Part shown: piece by piece, positions 39,001 to 48,478 of the stretch
Numbering within the stretch: the stretch's first letter is position 1
Layout of the letters: each line of letters opens with the position of its first letter
From: Anthoceros angustus
Lineage: Eukaryota; Plantae; Anthocerotophyta
Assembly (NCBI GenBank): GCA_010909165.1
Contig: VJWM01000063.1
Location: 806,001 to 870,000, forward strand
Direction of reading: 5' to 3'
DNA length: 64,000 nt
Translations under genes and position numbers: made by a program
Notes under the pieces: model-generated
The model's database searches: none
Told to the model about the DNA's origin: nothing
Seen by the model: the letters and a program-made list of their open reading frames with translations, nothing else

Positions 39001-39170
39001 TGTTAGGGTTCGTACTTAAATCCTAGTTAGTTAACCTCACCATGGTTAAGTTAGCCATACCTTTAGGGTTAGTTACAACACTTTATAAGACACAAAATTT
39101 TGTATATTAATTAATTTTCCTTTGTTTGCTCTTGCATATATTTTTTTCTTATGCTCTTCACATCGTGTCA
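39001..39170 (+). repeat. 3' LTR (170 bp)
   Basis: Near-identical to 30523-30691. Confidence 0.95.
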
Positions 39171-40026
39171 ATATAAGCCTGAATTGCTGAGAATTCTAAC
39201 ATCATTGACAGAACCTGAGAAGCCTGCAAAAACATCAAAAAATCGCATGTTCATATTGACAACCCCTTGAATGCAAACACTGTAATCATGGTTTCTATCA
39301 AAATAGTCAGTTGCCATTCCCCGTGTCATGAGCTCAATTTTCACATGGGTGATGTCGATTGCACCACAGCAATTCATCAATCCTTGATGCCTTTCGAATT
39401 TGGCCTTTGTGGTTGCCAATGCTGGGCCTTGAGGCCAACTTATGTGATGTCTTCCTCTCTTGATCATAGCCCGAACAAATCGCCAGACGATTTTTGATGC
39501 TGTAGACTCAGCTATTCCGAACAATTCTCCAATTGACTTCAGTGTGTCCCCTGTGGCCAGCCTGCGCAATGCGACAGCCACTTGAAAATCAACCAACAGC
39601 TCTCTATTTGGAATCTGCCGAAGAGCTGCTGGGGTCTTCCTGGTCAGATCTTCAGCCATTAGATTACACACGTAAGCACACGTAAGTGAAAGTGGGAGGA
39701 GTCATTCTTAAAAACCGTCGGAAGCGTTCTGGATCAGCCGAACATGTTGCTTCTTTGAAGAGACTCCACCAAGCCATGCACCTGTCTTTTATGTAGATAT
39801 CACTTGACACACGTCGTTTCCGTGAAAGAATGGAAACATGTGTGGCTGCCATGAGAAACATCATGGAGGAAACTGCTCTTGAAGAACCTTCTTCACACTC
39901 AGCTGTGTGTACAGGCAGCGATTCCGCCTGCTGCTTCTCCAAGAATCTCAATGCAGCAGGCATAGCAATTGTTGATGCAAGAAAAGAGGCATTTGCCAGG
40001 CGCTTGTAGACATGGTCATCCTCCAT
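39171..40026 (-). pseudogene. ALP1-like PIF/Harbinger transposase, 5' part
   Basis: WW..FRRFLRMTPPTFTYVC / QVAVALRRLATG..IGELFG..STASKIVWRFV..HHISWP..GLMNCCGAIDITH..FSGSVND. Frameshifted by a 10-bp duplication at 39667-39686. Confidence 0.9.
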
Positions 40027-42772
40027 CTTCACTCGCGCCCTCGCGAGATCGTGGTATCACACGCACGAAGCCGGTAACCATGGACGGGCTATGAGCCACC
40101 TTTTTTGGGAATCGATCGAAGCTGCAATACCATGGAAAGTGAAACGGTCTCCTTGAAAAACTTAAGTTGCAAACTGACCGCCAAATATTCGAGCTTCATG
40201 CAAAGCACGCTTACAGGTACGGCCTCAAGTTTCGGGAAGCACTTGGGATTTCCCCTCTTGCACTCCTCCATCTTTGTCCGCGTGTGTTTTTTTTCTTGCG
40301 ATAGGCATTGCAGTTAGGCCTACTTCGAGGAGTGGCATATAAATAAAACGGGCATTTTAGGCAAAAGAATTATCACAGGCGAGGAACCGACTTGATGCTG
40401 CTAACTAGACAACACATTTCAAGTTGGAGCTGGAGACATGGCTCTCCACCAAACGCAAATCCTCGACATGCGTCACAGGGCACCAAAACTGGATTACACC
40501 TACGATGGCTTGGCCATTTCAGGATCATCAGAGTTGTCAACCCCGTTGCTCATTGATCAGTTGCAACCGCCTGGCCATTGGCTCATCTACGACGTTGTTC
40601 GCACGTTGCTGCTTCGCCGCTATGCCGCAGCGGGCTGGACTAGACATGCACATGGGTCGTCGTGTTGCTGACCCTCGGAAGTCTGCAGGATACGAAATGG
40701 GTGTAACGGCTGAGGCCGTGAAGAAATTATGTGAGCAAGGGCAGGTCACTGAGGCTGTTGAGGCTCTGGGAGTTCTGGTGAGGAGAGACTGTGGTGTTTC
40801 AGTCTCTGTTTTATTCTGCTCTCAAGAAGTGTGTGTTTACAAGGATTTGGGTCTGGGTCGCCGTGTCCACGCGCTTGCTGTGAAGGAGGGTATGAAACGG
40901 ACACGTTTGTGTAACCATATCGTGCGAATGTATGCATCTCATGCCAGGTTGCAAGAAGCGATGGATGTGTTCACCAGAGTTGCCCAACCGGATGCCTTCA
41001 TGTGGTCTTCGATAATCACTGCACACGTTAACCGCGGACAAGCTAAGCAGGGCATAGAACTGTACCACCGGATGCGTGGGTCAAGTGTGAAGCCAGATGG
41101 GCATGTATTTGTTGCAGCACTTCAGGCTTGTGCAAGGGAGCAGACTTGGAGACTGGGCAGCAAGTGCATGCTGACGTCTTAGCCAGTGACGTTGAGCGTG
41201 ATGCTTTTGTGTGTAACTCCTTGTTGGACATGTATGCCAAGTGTGGCAGCTTGGACGACGCTCAAAGAGTGTTTGATGGACTTGCTCAAAAGACTGTTGT
41301 GATGTGGACCACTCTGATAGCAGGATATGCTCAGCAGGGCATGGGGTGGGAAGCCCTTCGTCTTTATGAGGCTATGCAAGAAGAGGCATTTGCCAGGCGC
41401 TTGTAGACATGGTCATCCTCCATCTTCACTCGCGCCCTCGCGAGATCGTGGTATCACGCACGAAGCCGGTAACCATGGACGGGCTATGAGCCACCTTTTT
41501 GGGAATCGATCAAGCTGCAATACCATGGAAAGTGAAACGGTCTCCTTGAAAAACTTAAGTTGCAAACTGACCGCCAAATATTCGAGCTTCATGCAAAGCA
41601 CGCTTACAGGTACGGCCTCAAGTTTCGGGAAGCACTTGGGATTTCCCCTCTTGCACTCCTCCATCTTTGTCCGCGTGTGTTTTTTTTCTTGCGATAGGCA
41701 TTGCAGTTAGGCCTACTTCGAGGAGTGGCATATAAATAAAACGGGCATTTTAGGCAAAAGAATTATCACAGGCGAGGAACCGACTTGATGCTGCTAACTA
41801 GACACACATTTCAAGTTGGAGCTGGAGACATGGCTCTCCACCAAACGCAAATCCTCGACATGCGTCACAGGGCACCAAAACTGGATTACACCTACGATGG
41901 CTTGGCCATTTCAGGATCATCAGAGTTGTCAACCCCGTTGCTCATTGATCAGTTGCAACCGCCTGGCCATTGGCTCATCTACGACGTTGTTCGCACGTTG
42001 CTGCTTCGCCGCTATGCCGCAGCGGGCTGGACTAGACATGCACATGGGTCGTCGTGTTGCTGACCCTCGGAAGTCTGCAGGATACGAAATGGGTGTAACG
42101 GCTGAGGCCGTGAAGAAATTATGTGAGCAAGGGCAGGTCACTGAGGCTGTTGAGGCTCTGGGAGTTCTGGTGAGGAGAGACTGTGGTGTTTCTCAGTCTC
42201 TGTTTTATTCTGCTCTCAAGAAGTGTGTGGTTTACAAGGATTTGGGTCTGGGTCGCCGTGTCCACGCGCTTGCTGTGAAGGAGGGGTATGAAACGGACAC
42301 GTTTTTGTGTAACCATATCGTGCGAATGTATGCATCTCATGCCAGGTTGCAAGAAGCGATGGATGTGTTCACCAGAGTTGCCCAACCGGATGCCTTCATG
42401 TGGTCTTCGATAATCACTGCACACGTTAACCGCGGACAAGCTAAGCAGGGCATAGAACTGTACCACCGGATGCGTGGGTCAAGTGTGAAGCCAGATGGGC
42501 ATGTATTTGTTGCAGCACTTCAGGCTTGTGCAAGGGGAGCAGACTTGGAGACTGGGCAGCAAGTGCATGCTGACGTCTTAGCCAGTGACGTTGAGCGTGA
42601 TGCTTTTGTGTGTAACTCCTTGTTGGACATGTATGCCAAGTGTGGCAGCTTGGACGACGCTCAAAGAGTGTTTGATGGACTTGCTCAAAAGACTGTTGTG
42701 ATGTGGACCACTCTGATAGCAGGATATGCTCAGCAGGGCATGGGGTGGGAAGCCCTTCGTCTTTATGAGGCT
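39976..42772. repeat. Tandem duplication of ~1.39 kb producing a truncated, error-rich copy of the PPR 5' end (40424-41406)
   Basis: 39984 and 41381 both begin 'aagaggcatttgccaggcgcttgtagacatgg'. The junction has microhomology 'atgcaagaa.gag.gcat'. The first copy differs by 1-2 nt deletions. Confidence 0.9.
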
Positions 42773-45199
42773 ATGCAAGAAGAGGGCATGCTTGCCAGTT
42801 CTGTGACGTTTGTGTGCCTCCTGCAGGCATGTGCAGGTGTGGGCACCCCGGCTTTGGAACAGGGGAAGCAGCTGCATGCACAGATTGGTGAAAGAGGGCT
42901 TCAGGGTGATGTCTTTGTGGCCAACGGTTTGATCGACATGTATGCAAAGTGTGGTAGCCTAGAGGATGCTCAGGGAGTGTTTGATGGACTCGGTGAACGA
43001 AATGTGGTTACGTGGAATGCTATGATAGGAGGGTATTCCCAGCAGGGCATGGGGCGAGTAGCACTTTGTCTCTACAGGTCTATGCAAGAAGAAGGTAAGG
43101 TTGCACCTGATTCTGTGACATTCATGTGTCTCCTGCAGGCATGTGCGAGTGTGGGGACTCCGGCTTTGGAGAAGGGGAAGCAGCTCCATGCACAGATTGG
43201 AGAGCTAGGACTCCAAGCTCATGTGTTTGTAGCCAACAGTTTGGTGGATATGTATGCAAAGTGTGGCAGCCTAGAAGGTGCTCGGGATGTGTTCAACGGA
43301 CTTAGTGAGAAAACCGTGGTAACATGGAATGCCATGATGGGAGGATATGCCCAGCAGGGCATGGGGCAGAAAGCCCTTGATCTTTATAGGTTAATGCAAG
43401 AAGAAGGCATGATTGCACCCAATCCTGTGACATTCGTTTGCCTCCTGCAGTCATGTGCTAATGTTGGCACTCCAGCTTTGGAAACGGGGAAGCAGCTCCA
43501 TGCACAGATTGGAGAACAAACGATCCAGTCAGATGTCTTTGTGGCCAACAGTCTGGTGGACATGTATGCAAAGTGTGGCAGCCTAGAGGATGCTCGGGCC
43601 GTGTTTGACAGACTCGGTCGAAAGAACGTTGTCATGTGGACCACCCTTATCGCAGGATATTCTCAGCAGGGCATGGGGGAGGAAGCCCTTCATCTGTACA
43701 GGGCTATGCAGGAAGAAGGACTGGTGGCACCCAATTCTGTGACATTTGCATGCCTCCTGCAGGCATGTGCAAGTGAGGGGAGCCTGTCATTTGAGAAGGG
43801 GAAGCAGCTTCATGCAGAGATTACAGAACAAGGGCTTCTTGCTGATGTTTTTGTGGCCAACAGTTTGATAAACATGTATGCAAAGTGTGGCAGCCTGGAC
43901 GATGCTCAGGGTGTGTTCGATGGACTTGGTCAAAAGAACGTGGTGACGTGGAATGTCATGATAGGAGGATATTCCCACCAGGGCATGGGGCAGGAAGCAC
44001 TTCGCCTCTACAAGGCCATGCAAGAGGAAGGCATTTGTGCACCGGATTATGTGACATTTGCTTGCGTCCTGCAGGCATGCTCAAGTGTGGGTACCCAAGC
44101 TTTGGAGAAAGGGAAGCAGCTTCATGCACAAATCAGAGAACAGGGACTTCAGGCTGATGTAGTTGTTGGTGGGAGCCTGGTAAACATGTATGCCAAGTGT
44201 GGCAACCTCAAGGATGCAGAGAATGTGTTTGAGGGACTTGGCCAAAAGAATGTCGTGACATGGACTTCTCTGATAGCAGGATACTCCCAGCAGGGTATGG
44301 GTCACGAAGCCCTTCATCTATACCGGGCTATGGGAGAAGAAGGCATGGTTCCACCTGATTCTGTGACATTTGTGTGCCTCCTGCAGGCGTGTGCAAGTGT
44401 GGCAGCTTTGCATGTCGGGAGGCAGCTTCATGCACAGATCAAAGATACAGGCCTTCAAGATGATGTGACGGTAGGCAATAGTTTGATAAACATGTATGCA
44501 AAGTCAGGGAGCATGGTGGATGCGCAGGAGGTGTTCGATGCATTACCCGAAAAAGATGTCATTACCTGGAGTTCGCTGATGGCAGGATACACCTGCCAAG
44601 GAGACAGTGAAAAGGTATTTGACTTGGTTCTCAAAATGAGAGAGGATGGCATACAGCCAGACGGCGTAACATTCCTCAGTGTATTAACCGTATGCAGTCA
44701 TACGGGTCTAGTAAACAAGGGGCAAGAGTACTTTGAGGCTATGAGCAGACAGTATGGCATTACTCCTACGGTGGAGCACTACACATGCATGGTGGACCTC
44801 CTAGGTCGTGCAGGCAGGCTGGCTGAGTCACTCGCTTTGGTGCAGGCAATGCCCGTACCGCCTAATGCTGCAGTTTGGCACACTCTTCTGGGTGCTTGCC
44901 AAAAGTGTAGCAACGTCGAGGTTGGACTCCATGCTTTTGCTGAAGCGGTTAAGCTAGACAAGAGAGATGCTGCAGCATATGTGTTGATGTCGAACATATA
45001 CACTGGTGCCCAGATGTGGGAGCAAGCACAGGAGATGCAGGAGAGGAGAGCGGAAATTGGGGCATGGAAGCAGCCAGGCCAGAGCTGGTGGATAGACATG
45101 GACGGAATCTTGCATAGTTTTTTGGTCGCCGACAAGAAACATCCAAAACGCAGCCATGCTCTCACGTTCTTCAGCAGTATGCCCACACTTCATGGATAG
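41897..45199 (+). CDS. PLS-class PPR protein (26 P/L/S repeats + E1, E2 and WW-type PG box, no deaminase core); organellar RNA-editing factor
   Basis: Intronless ORF with L-S-P triplets, P2-L2-S2 (EHYTCMVDLLGRAG), E1/E2 and KQPGQSWW..HSF...HP, then an unrelated tail. The first in-frame ATG is used as start. Confidence 0.95.
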   Translation: MAWPFQDHQSCQPRCSLISCNRLAIGSSTTLFARCCFAAMPQRAGLDMHMGRRVADPRKSAGYEMGVTAEAVKKLCEQGQVTEAVEALGVLVRRDCGVSQSLFYSALKKCVVYKDLGLGRRVHALAVKEGYETDTFLCNHIVRMYASHARLQEAMDVFTRVAQPDAFMWSSIITAHVNRGQAKQGIELYHRMRGSSVKPDGHVFVAALQACARGADLETGQQVHADVLASDVERDAFVCNSLLDMYAKCGSLDDAQRVFDGLAQKTVVMWTTLIAGYAQQGMGWEALRLYEAMQEEGMLASSVTFVCLLQACAGVGTPALEQGKQLHAQIGERGLQGDVFVANGLIDMYAKCGSLEDAQGVFDGLGERNVVTWNAMIGGYSQQGMGRVALCLYRSMQEEGKVAPDSVTFMCLLQACASVGTPALEKGKQLHAQIGELGLQAHVFVANSLVDMYAKCGSLEGARDVFNGLSEKTVVTWNAMMGGYAQQGMGQKALDLYRLMQEEGMIAPNPVTFVCLLQSCANVGTPALETGKQLHAQIGEQTIQSDVFVANSLVDMYAKCGSLEDARAVFDRLGRKNVVMWTTLIAGYSQQGMGEEALHLYRAMQEEGLVAPNSVTFACLLQACASEGSLSFEKGKQLHAEITEQGLLADVFVANSLINMYAKCGSLDDAQGVFDGLGQKNVVTWNVMIGGYSHQGMGQEALRLYKAMQEEGICAPDYVTFACVLQACSSVGTQALEKGKQLHAQIREQGLQADVVVGGSLVNMYAKCGNLKDAENVFEGLGQKNVVTWTSLIAGYSQQGMGHEALHLYRAMGEEGMVPPDSVTFVCLLQACASVAALHVGRQLHAQIKDTGLQDDVTVGNSLINMYAKSGSMVDAQEVFDALPEKDVITWSSLMAGYTCQGDSEKVFDLVLKMREDGIQPDGVTFLSVLTVCSHTGLVNKGQEYFEAMSRQYGITPTVEHYTCMVDLLGRAGRLAESLALVQAMPVPPNAAVWHTLLGACQKCSNVEVGLHAFAEAVKLDKRDAAAYVLMSNIYTGAQMWEQAQEMQERRAEIGAWKQPGQSWWIDMDGILHSFLVADKKHPKRSHALTFFSSMPTLHG

Positions 45200-46012
45200 T
45201 GGCAGCGACGACGCATCCACCTGTCTATGTCAAATCCATCTTCCAGCAAACTGGAAGCCTGTCGAAAAGATGCCTCCCCTGTTTCTCTCCAAGGCTGAGT
45301 AACAAGGAAGGCATTGGCAGCCTATCTCGTACACTCGTTTGCACAACAGTGACGAGGATTTTGAGAGGGTTCTCCAGCCACCAAAACAGGAAATCGCATT
45401 ATGAACCGCTAAGAGGAAAGATTCTCTTCATTCATGGCGTTCACAATAGAAGACTGCTGTCTCTTTCCTTCGTCTGGATTTCATTACATGTGCTTACGAG
45501 GTTGCTGGACGAGGAATTACCCTAAGTAATCGCTGGGCCGGGTCAGACCACCGGGCCCTAGGTGTTAACCGGCTGGAGGTGAAAGGCCCTTCTTGGTCTG
45601 AAGGGTAATTTCCTGGCTACCGGAAGCTACACCGGAACCAAAAGGGGAATGAACGGTAGTCTCAATGCGACCAAGTTACTGGGTGTGGGTTCCGCATGCA
45701 GTCTTTTCTAAATTGGATTTTTGGCGTGGGCTTGTGTCCGTAAGGAGATCTAACAGCAAACTTGTAAGCCACTGGCGACTGAAAAGTGCAGAATTCTCCC
45801 TCTGCTGGCTGAGAATTCCTCATCCTGATTGTTGTAGTTTCCTGCAACTAGCAGGTCACTATGGCATGGGCATTACCTTGATTATTGACTTGCAAGCATA
45901 TGACGGAGTGTGATGGTCATGCAGCAGCCTGTTGCTGCCTGGAATTTCCTTTTCCCATTTCATGACGTCCGACATGGGGTGGACATTGATATATCCCAAA
46001 TAGCGATCCACT

Positions 46013-48478
46013 TTACGGAATGGTGCCTCGGCAGTCACCTTCTCGCTGTGACCACACAAACCCTTCAATTTTAGCAGAAAGCTGTGCCAGCCATGCATGT
46101 ATACTTTCACTTTCCGGATGCCTCGTATCTCCAACCCAAAAGCCATGCACCAGTCCGTCTCCGTCTGTCCACCAGCTCTGCCCTGGTTGCTTCCATGCCC
46201 CCGTTCCTGTTCTCCTCGCCTGCATCTCCTCTGCCTGCTCCCACATCTGGGCGCCAGTGTATATGTTCGACATCAACACATATGCCGCGGCATCTTTCTC
46301 ATCTATCTTCAGTGCCTCATCAAAAGCATGACGTCCCACCTCTACGTTGCTACACTTTTGACAAGCACCCAACAGGGCGTGCCACACTGCAGCATTAGGC
46401 GGTACAGGCATCGTCCTTACCAAGGCCAGTGACTCGTCCAGGCGGCCTGCCCGACCAAGGAGATCCACCATGCATGCGTAGTGCTCCATTGTGGGGGTGA
46501 TACCATAGTGTCCAGTCATAGCATCAAATAACTCTCGTCCCTTGTCTACCAGACCTGTATGACTACATACCGTTAGTACACTCAGGAAAGTGATGCTGTC
46601 TGGCTGTATATCATCCTCTCTCATTCTGCGAAGCAAGCCAAAGACCTGCTCACTATCTCCCTGGCGAGTGTATCCAGCAATGAGTGCACTCCAGGTGACT
46701 ACACTTCTTTTGGGTAACGCATCAAACACCTGCTGTGCATCTACCATGCTCCCCGATTTTGCATACATGTTGATCAAACTGTTGCCCACGGTGAGGTCAG
46801 CTTGAAGCCCCTGATCTTCAATCTGTGCATGAAGCTGCCTTCCCACATTCAACGCCGCCACGCTTGCACATGCCTGCAGGAGGCACACAACTGTCCCAGA
46901 ATCAGGTGCAACCATGCTTTCGTCCTGCATCACCCTGTGAAGCTGCAGGGCCTCCTGTCCCATGCCCTGCTGAGAATATCCTCCTATCATGGCATTCCAA
47001 GTCACGACATTTTTCACAGCCAGGCTGTCAAACACAAGTTTAGCGTCCTCGAGGCTGCCACACTTGGCATACATGTCTACCAAGCTGTTTGCTACAAACA
47101 AATCCTCTAAAAGTCCTCGTTCTCGAACCAGTGCATGAAGCTGCTTCCCCTTCTCCAAAGCTGGGGTACCCACACTTGCACATGCCTGAAGCAGGCAGAG
47201 AAATGTCACAGAATCGGGTGCAACAGTGCTTTCTTCCTGCATAGCCGTGTAGAGAAGCAGTGCTTCCTGCCCCATGCCCTGCTGGGCATATGCTGCTATC
47301 ATGGTATTCCATGTCACCACATTTTTCTCACCAAGTCTGTCAAACAAGCTTCGAGCATCCTCTATGTTGCCACACTTTGCATACATATTCACCAAACTGC
47401 TGGCTGCAAAGACATCAGCTTGAAGTCCTCGTACTCTAAGCTGGTTATGAAGCTGCTTCCCCTTCTCCAAAGCCGAGGGGCCCACACTCGCACATGCCTG
47501 CAAAAGGCAGGCAAATGTCACAGAATTGGGTGCGGCCATGCTTTCTTGTTGCATGGCACAGTGCAAACGAAAGGCTTCCTGACCCATGCCCTGCTGAGCA
47601 TACCCTCCTATCATGGCATTCCAGGTCACAACATTTTTTTGGGGAAGCCCGTCAAACACCCTCTGAGCATTTTCCAAGCTGCCACACTTTGCATACATGT
47701 CCACCAAGCCACTACAAACAAACAAATCAGGCTGGACGCCACTAGCCAGCACATCAGCATGCACTTGCAGCCCAGACTGTAAGTCTGCTCCCTTGGCACA
47801 GGCCTGGAGGGCTGCTACAAACACATGACCGTCCGGCTTCACACCTGACCAGCGCATCTGATGATACAGCTGAATAGCCCTCTTATCTTGTCCGTGTGTA
47901 ACATGTGCAGAAATTATGGAAGACCACATGAAGGCATCTGGCTTGGCAGCCACGGTAAACACATCCATGGCTTCTTGCAACCTGGCATGGGAAGCATACA
48001 TCCGCAGGATGTGATTGCACAAGAACGTGTCCGGCTCGTACCCCCCTTTCACAATGAGAGCATGCACTCGGCGACCCAGAACCAGATGCTTACTATCGAC
48101 ACATTCTTTGAATACAGTGTAGAAGACAGACTGAGAAACACCGTAGCCTATCTGCACCACGACTCCCAGAGCCTCGACAGCCTTAGTGAGCTGCCCCTGC
48201 TGACATAGTCGAGTCACGGTTTCAGCCCCTAGTCCCCTTTTGAAATCCACCCACGCTGAGCCCTTCCTAGAGCACCTGTCATCCAACTGATTCTCCCTTG
48301 TCGGGTCCAGAAAAGCTGTTGCCACAAGAGGGCCTGTCGCCTTCCGTGTGTGTGACTTGCAACGGGCTACGCAGCCATGATTGGCAGAAGCATGTGTTGA
48401 AGCTGCAGCGTGAAGCCTGATCCCAAAACCCAGCTCCAGTTTCTCAGCTGGGTTGCTCGCACACACGATGCAGTCCAT
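46013..48478 (-). CDS. PLS-class PPR protein (17 repeats + E1, E2 and WW-type PG box/E+, truncated DYW)
   Basis: 821 aa ORF, close paralog of the + strand gene. Ends KQPGQSWWTDGDGLVHGFWVGDTRHPES... Confidence 0.95.
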   Translation of the reverse strand: MDCIVCASNPAEKLELGFGIRLHAAASTHASANHGCVARCKSHTRKATGPLVATAFLDPTRENQLDDRCSRKGSAWVDFKRGLGAETVTRLCQQGQLTKAVEALGVVVQIGYGVSQSVFYTVFKECVDSKHLVLGRRVHALIVKGGYEPDTFLCNHILRMYASHARLQEAMDVFTVAAKPDAFMWSSIISAHVTHGQDKRAIQLYHQMRWSGVKPDGHVFVAALQACAKGADLQSGLQVHADVLASGVQPDLFVCSGLVDMYAKCGSLENAQRVFDGLPQKNVVTWNAMIGGYAQQGMGQEAFRLHCAMQQESMAAPNSVTFACLLQACASVGPSALEKGKQLHNQLRVRGLQADVFAASSLVNMYAKCGNIEDARSLFDRLGEKNVVTWNTMIAAYAQQGMGQEALLLYTAMQEESTVAPDSVTFLCLLQACASVGTPALEKGKQLHALVRERGLLEDLFVANSLVDMYAKCGSLEDAKLVFDSLAVKNVVTWNAMIGGYSQQGMGQEALQLHRVMQDESMVAPDSGTVVCLLQACASVAALNVGRQLHAQIEDQGLQADLTVGNSLINMYAKSGSMVDAQQVFDALPKRSVVTWSALIAGYTRQGDSEQVFGLLRRMREDDIQPDSITFLSVLTVCSHTGLVDKGRELFDAMTGHYGITPTMEHYACMVDLLGRAGRLDESLALVRTMPVPPNAAVWHALLGACQKCSNVEVGRHAFDEALKIDEKDAAAYVLMSNIYTGAQMWEQAEEMQARRTGTGAWKQPGQSWWTDGDGLVHGFWVGDTRHPESESIHAWLAQLSAKIEGFVWSQREGDCRGTIP

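Larger units (their letters stand above)
30523..39170 (+). mobile_element. Full-length Ty1/Copia LTR retrotransposon
   Basis: TG..CA LTRs, ATATA TSD at 30518-30522 and 39171-39175, PBS, PPT, and gag-PR-INT-RT-RH domain order. Confidence 0.97.

Noticed and set aside
40424-41406. Third PPR gene
   Set aside because: A frameshifted partial copy within a tandem duplication, likely artefactual. The same applies to 49641-50066.
46020-48208. Plus-strand ORFs up to 215 aa overlapping the minus-strand PPR
   Set aside because: Antisense shadows of the repetitive PPR coding sequence.
41897-48478. Candidate U-to-C (DYW:KP) editing factors
   Set aside because: Both have a PGQSWW box and an HSE-type relic or nothing, not KPAxA/HAE motifs.
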